A stretch of 64,000 nt of DNA, taken from the NCBI GenBank assembly GCA_963802945.1, contig CAWDKY010000028.1:96001-160000 (forward strand), written 5' to 3'. Both the position numbers and the translations under genes were made by a program. Under the pieces are notes generated by a model. It was not told where the DNA came from. It did not search any database and saw only the letters and a list, made by a program, of their open reading frames with translations. This document shows positions 1 through 9,511 of the stretch, in pieces. Source of the DNA: an uncultured delta proteobacterium. Lineage in GTDB: Bacteria > Desulfobacterota > RBG-13-43-22. How positions within the stretch are numbered: the first letter of the stretch is position 1; every line of letters starts with the position of its first letter.

Positions 1-4
1 TAAA

Positions 5-1027
5 ATGATGACTTATATTGATTATAAGAATGTTGTCCCTAAAGCCGTCATTGGGCTGGTGGTTCTCATGATCTTGTTGGTTCCGGTAATAACGCGCAAT
101 GAGTCCACTCTGTCCATACTTATTTTAAGCGGTATTTGGGCCGTGGCCGTTATGGGATTCACCTTGGTGCTTCGAACCGGGCAATTCAGTTTGGGGCAGG
201 CGGCTTTCATGGCTATCGGCGGATACACCTCGGCCATATTTACGGCTCAAATGGGTTGGTCGTTCTGGCCCGCCTTTTTCATGGCCGGTCTGGTTTCGGG
301 CCTTGTCGCCTTATTAGTGGGCATGGTGGTTCTCCGAGTGGGAGGCATCTATTTTTCCATCATCACCCTGGCTCTCTGTGAGGTTGTCCGAATTATTGCC
401 CAGCAATGGGAATCTGTTACCCGAGGGACACGGGGACTGATTACTTCGCAACCAAACCCCATTAATTTAGGTTTTTATGAAATTAATTTTTTTGCCAGTT
501 CCGTTCCCTATTTTTACTTAACGATAGGGCTGGTGGCTCTCACCGCTATAGTTTTCCGGCAAATCGGCGAGAGCCGTCTGGGGCGTTCTTTCGCCGGGGT
601 GGCCCTCAATCGGGTGCTGGCCGAACACCAAGGAATGTACTTGATGAAGTACAGGGTCATTGCCTTCACCGTGGCTGGCGTGTTCACCGGTTTGGCCGGT
701 ACACTCTATGCACACTTCCTAACGGTTTTAACGCCTACCATGCTCGGTTTATGGCAGTCCATACAAATCATGATTATGAGTATCGTGGGGGGTATCGGCT
801 CTCTGGTCGGGGGTCCGATTATCGGCTCTGTTTTACTTTATACCTTCGGCAGCTATCTGACCCGCCTGGAAATATACGGCATTCAGCAGTTGTTATTCGG
901 CGCGGTTATTGTGCTGGTGCTCCTTTTTCTGCCCAAAGGGACCGGCTTGGTCGATCTCTGGGGGAAATTTTGGACCAAGGTGGTCTGGAGAGAAAAAGAG
1001 TTTGAATTTGACGAGGAGGAGGAATAG
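5..1027 (+). CDS. livM: Branched-chain amino acid ABC transporter permease (LivM family)
   Basis: Multi-TM protein with GQFSLGQAAFMAIGGY, LRVGGIYFSIITLA and GGIGS motifs; lies upstream of two Liv ATPases. Confidence 0.9.
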   Translation: MMTYIDYKNVVPKAVIGLVVLMILLVPVITRNESTLSILILSGIWAVAVMGFTLVLRTGQFSLGQAAFMAIGGYTSAIFTAQMGWSFWPAFFMAGLVSGLVALLVGMVVLRVGGIYFSIITLALCEVVRIIAQQWESVTRGTRGLITSQPNPINLGFYEINFFASSVPYFYLTIGLVALTAIVFRQIGESRLGRSFAGVALNRVLAEHQGMYLMKYRVIAFTVAGVFTGLAGTLYAHFLTVLTPTMLGLWQSIQIMIMSIVGGIGSLVGGPIIGSVLLYTFGSYLTRLEIYGIQQLLFGAVIVLVLLFLPKGTGLVDLWGKFWTKVVWREKEFEFDEEEE

Positions 1028-1144
1028 TTAAAAAACAGGTACAAGGTACAAGGCACGAGGTATGAGGCCATAAGAGTTAAGTAAAAAATATCGTCCTATG
1101 CTTAATTTTACCCCTGAACTTATATTTCGGTTTTGTAAAAGGTC

Positions 1145-1234
1145 GTCACCCCGGCGAAAGCCGGGGTCCAGGTGAATTAAAGTACTGGATTTCGACTGGA
1201 GTTTATCCCGCACATGATGCGGGACCGGAATGAC
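1145..1234. repeat. REP-like palindromic intergenic element
   Basis: GTCACCCCGGCGAAAGCCGGGGTCCAG...CTGGAT...CCCGCACATGATGCGGG...GGAATGAC: nested hairpins with a GAAA tetraloop and GTCA/TGAC ends. Confidence 0.7.
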
Positions 1235-1306
1235 AAAAAAGGGTTTTCAGCGAGCCTTCAAAAGAAAATCTTTAAATGTTTCAATTTTTTTTATAAGGTT
1301 TTTCAT

Positions 1307-2071
1307 ATGTCTTTTTTGGAATTAAAAAAGGTAACCAAAACTTTCGGTAAACTGGCTGCCCTTGAAGATATTGACCTTAGGGTGGAACCGGGAGAAATAC
1401 TGGGCATTGTGGGCCCTAACGGTTCAGGGAAGACCACCTTGATCAATGTCATCAGCGGTTATTTCCGCCCTACTAAGGGAGAGATATTTTTCAACGACCA
1501 AAAGATATCCGGTTTGCGTCCCGACCGGATAGCGGCCCGGGGTATCATAAGAACCTTCCAATCCAATGTGCTCTATGAAGGGGCCACGGTGATTGAAAGT
1601 ATGCTGATCAGTTCTTATCAGCAATATAAGACCAACCACTGGCATTCTTTTTTTAACACCAGGACCTGGAAAGATGAGAATGAAAAGGTAGTGGGCCGGG
1701 TGATCGAGCTGGTGAAACTCCTTGATCTGTTGAATGATACTTTTTTGCCGGCGAAAGGGCTGTCTCACGGGTATCAGAGGCTGCTCGGCATCGCCATGGC
1801 CATGATCGCCAATCCTAACGTGCTCCTTCTCGATGAGCCGACCACCGGCATGAATCACGAAGAGGCCATGTTTGTGGTCGATAAGATCAAGAAGCTCAGG
1901 GAACAAGGCGTCACTATTATTTTGATCGAACACAACATGAAGGTTTTGCTGGATGTGGCCGACAGGGTGGTCGTCCTCAACTTCGGTACCAAGATCGCCG
2001 AGGGGAAGCCTAAAGAAGTAATGAACAAGCAGGAGGTCATCGAAGCTTATCTGGGAACGGAGACGGTTTAA
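1307..2071 (+). CDS. livG: Branched-chain amino acid ABC transporter ATP-binding protein (LivG family)
   Basis: Walker A GPNGSGKTT, LLLDEP, IEHNM, C-terminal VIEAYLG. Start moved to ATG 1307 because the longer ORF begins inside the REP element. Confidence 0.9.
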   Translation: MSFLELKKVTKTFGKLAALEDIDLRVEPGEILGIVGPNGSGKTTLINVISGYFRPTKGEIFFNDQKISGLRPDRIAARGIIRTFQSNVLYEGATVIESMLISSYQQYKTNHWHSFFNTRTWKDENEKVVGRVIELVKLLDLLNDTFLPAKGLSHGYQRLLGIAMAMIANPNVLLLDEPTTGMNHEEAMFVVDKIKKLREQGVTIILIEHNMKVLLDVADRVVVLNFGTKIAEGKPKEVMNKQEVIEAYLGTETV

Positions 2072-2073
2072 TC

Positions 2074-2784
2074 ATGCTGGAATTGAAAGATCTCTGGATT
2101 AGATACGGCAAAAAGGCGGCGGTCAGAAGGTTATCCTTATCGGTGAATAAAGGGGATTTTGTCACCATCCTGGGAGCCAACGGAGCGGGGAAGTCAACAA
2201 CCTTGAATGCCATCAGCGGGCTGGTCAAGGTGAAAAGAGGGCAGGGGGAAATTCTCTTTAAAGGAGAAAAAATAAACGGTCTGAAACCCGGAAAGATAGC
2301 TGCCAAGGGCATCATTCAGATTCCGGAAGGCAGAAAGCTTTTCCCTCTTCTGACAGTCAGAGAAAATCTCATGATGGGGGCCTATTTGCGAAAAGACCGT
2401 AAAGGAGTGCAGCAGTCGCTGGATAAGGTCTTAACCCTTTTTCCGGACCTCAAGGACAAGCTCGATGACGAAAGCCGAGAATTGAGCGGCGGGCAGCAGC
2501 AGATGCTGGCCATTGCCCGAGGCCTAATGGCCGACCCGGAAGTGCTGATGCTGGATGAGCCATCGCTTGGGCTCAGCCCTTTACTCCGCCAAATGCTGGC
2601 TGAAAAAATCAAGGAGATTCACCAGGAGGGCGTGACCCTGATCCTGGTGGAGCAAAATGCCCGTTTGGGTCTCATGCTGGCCAATTACGGCTATGTGCTG
2701 GAAAATGGGGAATTGGCCTTGCAGGGCAAAACTTCCGATCTGATGAACGATGAAAACGTCAAGAAAGCCTATCTGGGAGTTTAA
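2074..2784 (+). CDS. livF: Branched-chain amino acid ABC transporter ATP-binding protein (LivF family)
   Basis: GANGAGKST, PEGRKLF, LSGGQQQMLAIARGL, LDEPSLGL, VEQN, AYLG. Confidence 0.92.
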   Translation: MLELKDLWIRYGKKAAVRRLSLSVNKGDFVTILGANGAGKSTTLNAISGLVKVKRGQGEILFKGEKINGLKPGKIAAKGIIQIPEGRKLFPLLTVRENLMMGAYLRKDRKGVQQSLDKVLTLFPDLKDKLDDESRELSGGQQQMLAIARGLMADPEVLMLDEPSLGLSPLLRQMLAEKIKEIHQEGVTLILVEQNARLGLMLANYGYVLENGELALQGKTSDLMNDENVKKAYLGV

Positions 2785-2888
2785 CTGCAGGCCAATCGGC
2801 ATTTTTAAAGATTTGGAGTAATGATTTCTCTTTCGTATTCTATCCATAACCCCAGTAATCCAATACTCCATCACTCCAGTTAGAATTT

Positions 2889-3752
2889 CTAGGCTGAATC
2901 GATTCTTTTACCTTCGCTCTTTACTGCTGTATTTTTGTGTTTGTTTTTAAACCACTCAATCAGACTTCTGGCAATACTGATCCTGCCAGGGATTTTGGGT
3001 AATTGGTCGAAGGTAAACCAGTTGGCCTCCAGGATCTCCGTACCGTCTACTCGGATCTCTCCACCGGCATAACGGGCGGTGAAACCGATCATCAGGGAAT
3101 CCGGAAAAGGCCAGGGCTGGCTCCCGAAATATCGGATGTCCTGCACCTCAATGCCGGTTTCTTCTCTTACCTCTCGCCCCACTGTTTCTTCCAAAGTTTC
3201 TCCCGGTTCAGCGAAGCCGGCCAGGACACTGTAAAACCCATCTTGAAAACGAGGGGAACTGGCCAGTAAACATTGATCTCCCCGTTCCACCAAAACGATC
3301 ACTGCCGGCGATATACGGGGAAAGCTCTGGTGTCCGCAGCCGGGACATTTCTTGGCCCTCTCACCGTCTTGAATTTTCAGTTCCATCCCGCATCGTTGGC
3401 AGAATCGGGTCTGTTGAGACCATTCAAGAAGATGAATGGCGCGAAAGGACAGCAGGAGTATATCCTGTTTCAGCCGTCTATAGAGCTGGAACAGATCCTG
3501 AAAAGCCATATCAAGAGGGGCTGCATCAGAATCAGGAACGATAGCGGCAAAACAGGGTTTTCCATCCAGGGTTCCCAGGTAGGTATCTTCTATAGGTTGG
3601 AACCCCAATGCCTCCGGACCGGAGAGAAGAGGGATTTTCGCTTCTTGGCCATCGGATGTTACGAGCAGTCTGCGTTTGGAAAAAATAAACCACCAGGCCG
3701 ATTCCGTTTGTTCATTCGGCCGATCGGTTGAGGCAATAAATCGTTTGGTCAT
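2889..3752 (-). CDS. nudC: NAD(H) diphosphatase / NAD-capped RNA hydrolase NudC
   Basis: Zn ribbon CQRC...CPGC, Nudix box GFAEPGETLEETVGREVREETG, SQPWPFPDS signature. Confidence 0.93.
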   Translation of the reverse strand: MTKRFIASTDRPNEQTESAWWFIFSKRRLLVTSDGQEAKIPLLSGPEALGFQPIEDTYLGTLDGKPCFAAIVPDSDAAPLDMAFQDLFQLYRRLKQDILLLSFRAIHLLEWSQQTRFCQRCGMELKIQDGERAKKCPGCGHQSFPRISPAVIVLVERGDQCLLASSPRFQDGFYSVLAGFAEPGETLEETVGREVREETGIEVQDIRYFGSQPWPFPDSLMIGFTARYAGGEIRVDGTEILEANWFTFDQLPKIPGRISIARSLIEWFKNKHKNTAVKSEGKRIDSA

Positions 3753-3890
3753 TTTACAATCAACTCCCTTGAATCCTTAAATTTTATTTTCGTATTAAAC
3801 AATTAAAAAATAGGATATATATGGAAAAAGGTCAAGGTTAAAAGCTGTAGTTGTTTATTAGATTCTTTGCCTATATATGAGGTTCTTCTC

Positions 3891-4157
3891 GTGAACGACG
3901 AATTGCTCTTAAGTGAGTTTGAAGAATTAGCAGGTAAACTTGGAATAGCCATCCGCTATGAAAATGTAAATGGGGAAGACTCATCCGGTTCGGGAGGGCT
4001 CTGCCGTCTGAAGGGGGAATATGTTTTGATCATCCATTCACAGGCAACGGTGCAAGAGAAGATTCGGGTTATCCTGGAGGCCGTTAAACCTTTCCCTATC
4101 GGCGATGTCTATGTCAAGCCGGTTATCCGTGAATTGCTGGAGGAATCAAAGGAATAA
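3891..4157 (+). CDS. Small hypothetical protein
   Basis: GAGG RBS before GTG 3891; GGLCRLKG motif; function unknown. Confidence 0.6.
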   Translation: MNDELLLSEFEELAGKLGIAIRYENVNGEDSSGSGGLCRLKGEYVLIIHSQATVQEKIRVILEAVKPFPIGDVYVKPVIRELLEESKE

Positions 4158-4291
4158 ACAATAAAGAGAAAAAAATTTCCGATACCCGGGAGGGGCATTC
4201 TCTTAGGTGTCGAACTGTCTGCCCGACTAAAAAATTTAAAGGGATGGTTCTGATTAGTAATTGTTTCCCCCCTTTATCATCTTCGCTTACA

Positions 4292-5293
4292 TCAGTGCGG
4301 GACAATTAGAATTTGATTGAAAAGTGTTTCAGCCAGTGTGTCGGCCTCTGTTGGATCGAGGCGCCGCAGTTCCCGGACGGCGTCCAGAGCGGCCGCCTTG
4401 TTGCCGGAAAGACCGTAAGCGATTCCAAGGAAATACCAGGAGTTGGCATTTTTCGGATTAAACTTGATAGCCTGACGCAGGGCCACAATGGCGTCGTCAT
4501 AGCGCCCGAGGTGGCCGTAAACGACTCCGAGGTCATACCAGGAGTAGGCATTTTCCGAATCGCTTTTCGTCCACTTCTGGCACCAATCAAGCATGCTCTG
4601 GTAGTCTTTCACAATTTCCAGAAAGATGGCGCGCTTCAACCATTCAGTCTGACCGCGTTCCTCGGCAATCGGTTTGTGGCCTGGCTTGATCTCGCCTATC
4701 CATTCCACGGGCATGGCGAAGTTCAGACTCTGCTCGCCTTCGATGTATAGGGTGGTCAGGCCGACCAGCTGGCCTTCCCTGTCGAACAGGCCCCCGCCGC
4801 TCGAACCGGGAGAGATGGCCGCCGTGGTCCGAATGAAGGGTGGCGGTCCGCCCCGAAGCTGTACAACAAGGCCGTCGGAAAGGGAAAGCTCCAAACCTTT
4901 CGGCGCTCCCACGGCATAAACTGAGTCTCCCATTTTAAGACCTGCCGCTTTGCCGAGTTCGGCCGGTTTCCCTGTGATACCCGTGGCATTAAGGAGACAG
5001 ATGTCCTTGTCGCCATCTTCCGCATACAGGGTGGCAGAAACAAGCAGGTTGCCTCGGCCCACTTGGTAAGATGTCCCCCTTTCCACGACGTGGCAATTAG
5101 TGGCGATCTTCCCGGAAGGAAGCAGCACCCCACTCCCCTGATCTTTTACATTTCCTTGAGTGTCCAGGGTCTTTACCACAACAACGGCATCCTTGACCTG
5201 TTCGAAGACCTGATCAGGCGTAAGAGCATTGACCTGTGCGGGAAGGATCGAGAGAAAGATTACGGCGGCAATCAGCTTCAAAACTGATGGCAT
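4292..5293 (-). CDS. Secreted trypsin-like serine protease with C-terminal TPR repeats
   Basis: Signal peptide from MPSVLK; catalytic triad contexts TNCHV, DICLL, GSSGG; TPR-like repeats WYDLGVVY and WYFLGIAY. Confidence 0.85.
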   Translation of the reverse strand: MPSVLKLIAAVIFLSILPAQVNALTPDQVFEQVKDAVVVVKTLDTQGNVKDQGSGVLLPSGKIATNCHVVERGTSYQVGRGNLLVSATLYAEDGDKDICLLNATGITGKPAELGKAAGLKMGDSVYAVGAPKGLELSLSDGLVVQLRGGPPPFIRTTAAISPGSSGGGLFDREGQLVGLTTLYIEGEQSLNFAMPVEWIGEIKPGHKPIAEERGQTEWLKRAIFLEIVKDYQSMLDWCQKWTKSDSENAYSWYDLGVVYGHLGRYDDAIVALRQAIKFNPKNANSWYFLGIAYGLSGNKAAALDAVRELRRLDPTEADTLAETLFNQILIVPH

Positions 5294-5576
5294 ATTCGTC
5301 CTTTGATAAAACTCTGCTTTTGATATAGGAAGAGTATAAAATAAGGAAAAGATAGGATCAAGAAGAAAAACAGGGCGAAAGGCAAGGGGATAAAAGGAGT
5401 CATCTGTAGAAAACAAGGCGTTACAGGTCTGCACTTTTTAAATAGATTACCTACAAATCTTCTAAATTGGTCGTTCCGAAATTTAACGATTATTGTTTGA
5501 AATGTGCATAAGCAAAGGCAGGGCCATTGCTGAACCCTGCCTTTCCGGCTTTTGGATGTTCAGGGCTATCCTTTTA

Positions 5577-6986
5577 TTAGTCTGCGGGATTTTTTCCCTT
5601 GCATCGTTCCAGTTTCGGATCCATCCAGGGGAGAATTCTTTCCGCTGGGATCCTCCATGCAGGACCAAGATAGGAATAATCGGAAGCCCAATGATAGGGC
5701 GGGATATTGAAAGCTACCTTCTGTTGATCGGGTGAGACATATTCGATGATATAAACATCTTGAATCGTATTGTGATCACAAGCCCGCATTTTTGCCACGT
5801 GACCGTTTACATATTGATAAGTGTCCCCTTCCCAGACCTTGATGATCTTTTCAGCATCCGTACTGCCGGCCCTTTCGATAACACTCAGCATCCAATACCC
5901 TTCCATCGCAAAGGCGTCCCATCCCTGCTCGTAACTCCTGTTATTAAAAGGGGGTTTGAATTTGGTTCTATATAAATTTTGCCAAGTATTATAGTATTTG
6001 ATCATTTCCGATGTTTTAAAGACCGGATTGCCATTATAAACAGGACTGCCTAGTTGCAAACCTTTGGAACCCTCAATGCCGACGTCACTTAAGGCAACGG
6101 GGTCAGTGACGAAAATTTGGGCCATGGGAAGCTTGATCCCCATTTGTCGGGCCTGTTTCAGGAGGTTGAGGGCATCCGGATTCCAATCGCCGGTGTAAAT
6201 CACCTCGGCTCCGGAGGCCTTTATCTTGGTCAGATAAGGGGCAAAATCGGTCAGGAACAGCTTATGATAATCTTCCCCGACGATTTGGGCCTCGGGATAA
6301 TATTCCTTTAAAGCTTTTTTAAAGCTGTCGGCCAGGTCATGACCGAACATATAGTCCTGGCAGAGAATGTAAAATTTTTTTTCTTTTTTCCTGACGTGGC
6401 CGTAAAAATAGGCAAAGGCCTTGCCGACCTGTGAAGTCTGCCACCAGGGCATAAAGGCATACCGGGAAAAATTAGTAGCATCCTGGAGCTCGTCGGATAA
6501 AGAAGTAAAGTTCATGGCAATGATCTTATATTTCTCGGCCGTTTGGTTCATGACCTTCACGATGTGGCTGCCGTCTGCCCCCACCAGGAACTTGACACCT
6601 TCCTCTAAGACCATCCGTTCACAGGCCTTTTTGGCTTGGGCCGGATTTCCCCCATGATCGGCTTTGAAAATCTGGACCAGCTTCTTTTTCCCGTCGACCA
6701 TGATGCCGCCCCTCTTGTTGATATCGTGGGCCGCCCACTGGAAACAACAAAAATAATATTCTCCCACTGCGGTAGCCGGACCAGAAAAGGAACCAACTAT
6801 GGCAATCTTGATGGTGTCCCCGGTGGGGATCACCGGGTTGCTGGGATCGAAGTTAGACATGTCGCCCATTTTGTTGACCTCAAACTTGGCTTTGGCCGCC
6901 ATAGCTGCATTGGAACTTATGGCCGACAGTAACAAAAATGAAAAAATACTTAAAACAATGAAAATGCCTTTTCCTTTCGATTTCAT
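5577..6986 (-). CDS. ABC transporter substrate-binding protein (LivJ/LivK-like)
   Basis: Signal peptide; IKIAIVGSFSGP, INKRGGI, QDYMFG, TDFAPYLTKIK motifs. Confidence 0.85.
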   Translation of the reverse strand: MKSKGKGIFIVLSIFSFLLLSAISSNAAMAAKAKFEVNKMGDMSNFDPSNPVIPTGDTIKIAIVGSFSGPATAVGEYYFCCFQWAAHDINKRGGIMVDGKKKLVQIFKADHGGNPAQAKKACERMVLEEGVKFLVGADGSHIVKVMNQTAEKYKIIAMNFTSLSDELQDATNFSRYAFMPWWQTSQVGKAFAYFYGHVRKKEKKFYILCQDYMFGHDLADSFKKALKEYYPEAQIVGEDYHKLFLTDFAPYLTKIKASGAEVIYTGDWNPDALNLLKQARQMGIKLPMAQIFVTDPVALSDVGIEGSKGLQLGSPVYNGNPVFKTSEMIKYYNTWQNLYRTKFKPPFNNRSYEQGWDAFAMEGYWMLSVIERAGSTDAEKIIKVWEGDTYQYVNGHVAKMRACDHNTIQDVYIIEYVSPDQQKVAFNIPPYHWASDYSYLGPAWRIPAERILPWMDPKLERCKGKNPAD

Positions 6987-7061
6987 TACCTTCCTCCTTT
7001 GAGAGCGTCAAAAAATAAACTTTTTTTTAAATTAACCTCCTTTCTTTTAAAAAAACAGTAC

Positions 7062-7310
7062 CTAACAAATTATAGTAGAGCCGAATTTACCAAGGTCATT
7101 CTTCGGTTTCACTCCCAACTCCAACTTAATGAGAGCCGCCGCTTTCGCCTCCCCCAATATGGTTAAGCCGAATCTCTTTTTTGATTCGAAGAGCCATTCC
7201 ATCCACCGCCGGCGATCTCTGGAAAATTTAAACAGATATTCCCTCTTATGGCATCGATGGGTGATATGCCATATCTGATTAGGAATAAAATATCGATTGG
7301 CACGCGGCAT
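7062..7310 (-). pseudogene. Truncated REP-associated (RAYT/Y1 HUH) transposase, N-terminal ~52 aa
   Basis: MPRANRYFIPNQIWHITHRCHKREYLFKFSRDRRRWMEWLFESKKRFGLTIL matches the RAYT N-terminus; similarity stops before the HUH motif. Confidence 0.75.
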
Positions 7311-7428
7311 CTCTGGTCTTCTTAACCCACTCTTTTTGGGGGGTAAAAAGATCGGTTTAAGGCCTTTTTAACCCATTATTTTTAGTATCTTTCAGTGGAA
7401 TTTCAATCTATTGTCTCGGTCCGACCCC
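7238..7428. repeat. Direct repeat copy 1 (~190 bp): RAYT 5' end plus upstream sequence, ending in GGTCCGACCCC
   Basis: Near-identical to 8656-8846, with only a few substitutions in the coding part. Confidence 0.92.
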
Positions 7429-8281
7429 CCTTTGACTGCATGCCATGGTTGCGCGGGTCAAGGGGGTGTTCGGGGCTAAAATCAATACGTGTACCCAAAT
7501 GTAGACCAAGCATATCCAAAGCCTCCTTAATCTCGAGAACCTTACTCCTACCGAAAGCCTTCAGCATTAGCATTTCCTGCTCCGTCCTTTGAACCAACTG
7601 TCCAAGGTAGCGTATGTCCAGTTTCTTGAGCATGGTGGACGTGTCAATTCTCAGACCAAGAATGTCAATCGGGGCAAAAAACTTTGACGCACAACCAACA
7701 TAAGCTGTACGCATCTCGGAATTGAGCACCCGAACAGTGTTTAGAACCTCCTCCAGTAGCTCCCTGTCTGTTCTGAGGACTGCGCGATCCAACTGGTGCT
7801 GTTCCTTTAGTACGTCGTTTATATCCTTTTCAAGATCAGGCCACCATTTTTCGTAAACAGCGTCCAACACAGGGGCATCCAGAGCCAGTTCACCGAGTGC
7901 CTGGTTTATCGTCTTAAGGAGTTTTTTCACTTCATCTTTTCCAAAAACCGCGGCTTGAAATTGCAGTAGAGGTCCTTTCAGATCAGCACTATTAATACCA
8001 AACAACAACGGTATGACACGGGATTTATCGACACTTTTCGACAGCGCTCCTGCTTCAAACATTATCCAGGGTTCGTCTGTGTTTTCCCGCGTCAAACAGA
8101 TGAGTCCAACCTTAGATTGCTCGAGTTCTTTCGATATCTCAGTGTACCACCGTGCCCCTTTGTTAATATCGTCTGGTGAAAAATATGGTTTGACAATTTG
8201 AATAACGGCCGGTATCCACTCTCTAAATATCTCAGCAAGTTTCTTGCTGGTGGAGCCAGACCAGCTTATAAATACTCTCAT
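7403..8281 (-). CDS. TIR domain protein fused to an RNA polymerase alpha C-terminal-domain-like module
   Basis: N-terminus RVFISWSG...DINKGARW...GLICLT...WIMFEAG is TIR with the catalytic Glu position. C-terminus PIDILGL...LKKLDIRYLGQLVQRTEQEML...FGRSKVLEIKEALDMLGLHLG aligns by eye to the RpoA CTD. Confidence 0.85.
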   Translation of the reverse strand: MRVFISWSGSTSKKLAEIFREWIPAVIQIVKPYFSPDDINKGARWYTEISKELEQSKVGLICLTRENTDEPWIMFEAGALSKSVDKSRVIPLLFGINSADLKGPLLQFQAAVFGKDEVKKLLKTINQALGELALDAPVLDAVYEKWWPDLEKDINDVLKEQHQLDRAVLRTDRELLEEVLNTVRVLNSEMRTAYVGCASKFFAPIDILGLRIDTSTMLKKLDIRYLGQLVQRTEQEMLMLKAFGRSKVLEIKEALDMLGLHLGTRIDFSPEHPLDPRNHGMQSKGGRTETID

Positions 8282-8655
8282 AAATACCCCCTGTGGTTGT
8301 TTGAAAACTGCCAACCCGATTCTCGATAACTACTGCCCAAGTTATTCTAAAGATCTGCATATCTCCTTGTTTTCCATGATATACAGAAAGATAATCTTAA
8401 GTTTAACGCCCAATTTTGTTTTAATGGGCATAAATTAACCTTTTGTAAGAGTATTAACTTCAAATATTTGATCCTTACCTCATTAAAACAAAAAACCCCA
8501 CCTCTTATTTAAAAAATGGGGCTTATAGTTCTTCCCTCGACACTCCCTTAGTAAAAGGTTGCCAACAAGAAAGCTTCTTCAATTTGTTTAAGAATTCTTA
8601 CCTCCTAATTATCAATAAGTCAATTAATTTCAATAAGCTTTTTATTTATTAAGAA

Positions 8656-8846
8656 ATTCCCTCTTATGGCATCGATGGGCGATATGCCATACTTGGTTGG
8701 GAATAAAATATCGATTGGCACGCGGCATCTCTGGTCTTCTTAACCCACTCTTTTTGGGGGGTAAAAAGATCGGTTTAAGGCCTTTTTAACCCATTATTTT
8801 TAGTATCTTTCAGTGGAATTTCAATCTATTGTCTCGGTCCGACCCC
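8656..8846. repeat. Direct repeat copy 2 (RAYT 5' end remnant)
   Basis: Near-identical to 7238-7428; encodes MPRANRYFIPNQVWHIAHRCHKR on the minus strand. Confidence 0.92.
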
Positions 8847-8857
8847 GCTTTGCAATT

Positions 8858-8980
8858 CTCCTTATCGTAAGTGTAATGATAATTCCCGGACAAAGGCGTA
8901 GTCATGGTCCGGCGCAGAGTCACGCCAGTGTAATCAAAACCATAACTGATGGTTCGTGGATTGGTCAATACGATCATGCT
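8858..8980 (-). pseudogene. Stub of a further orphan Rhs/YD module
   Basis: Translates to MIVLTNPRTISYGFDYTGVTLRRTMTTPLSGNYHYTYDKE, homologous to the main toxin at ~15815-15935; truncated next to the RAYT repeat. Confidence 0.8.
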
Positions 8981-8990
8981 GATATTGTCA

Positions 8991-9500
8991 TTATTTTTCT
9001 TGCCCCATTTTTAGAAGATTATCTAATTTTTCTTTAAAAAGCTTAGCTTCTTGTTCATTGAATGAAAGTTCTCTCCCTTCAATGGAAAGAACAAAATTAG
9101 TAAAATCCAATAGCACGGCCATGTATTTTTTTTTAGGAATAAAAAATAAAATTTTATCTGTATATTTTATATAAATATCATACGTTGGAAAATATTTATT
9201 CGAATATCTCCTATTTTCATTATATACATTTAAAATTAACTGTACGAGTTCTGAAGAAGTAATAGTTTTATTTTTTAAAATTACTTCTTTTCGTATTTGT
9301 CCTGGAGTAACATAATTTTCACTTAACTTATTTTTTGTAGGATCGATTTCAAGGATAATTTCAACAAACCCATTATTTAAATAAGATAATTGTCTTTCAA
9401 GAGTTTTATCGTCAACGTAAACATAATAAAATGAATCACATGAAAAACATAATATTATTAAAAGGTAGAAGAAAAATATTAAAGAAATCTTTTTCCCCAT
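8991..9500 (-). CDS. Putative immunity lipoprotein for orphan tip A
   Basis: AT-rich gene 11 bp downstream of the Rhs tip; basic N-terminus, hydrophobic stretch and Cys (CFSC-DSF); paralog of 11340-11843. Confidence 0.7.
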   Translation of the reverse strand: MGKKISLIFFFYLLIILCFSCDSFYYVYVDDKTLERQLSYLNNGFVEIILEIDPTKNKLSENYVTPGQIRKEVILKNKTITSSELVQLILNVYNENRRYSNKYFPTYDIYIKYTDKILFFIPKKKYMAVLLDFTNFVLSIEGRELSFNEQEAKLFKEKLDNLLKMGQEK

Positions 9501-9511
9501 TTTTCCCTCCC

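Noticed and set aside
7238-8846. Direct repeats as a CRISPR array or prophage att sites
   Set aside because: Only two ~190-bp copies, with no spacer periodicity and no cas, integrase or phage genes in the window
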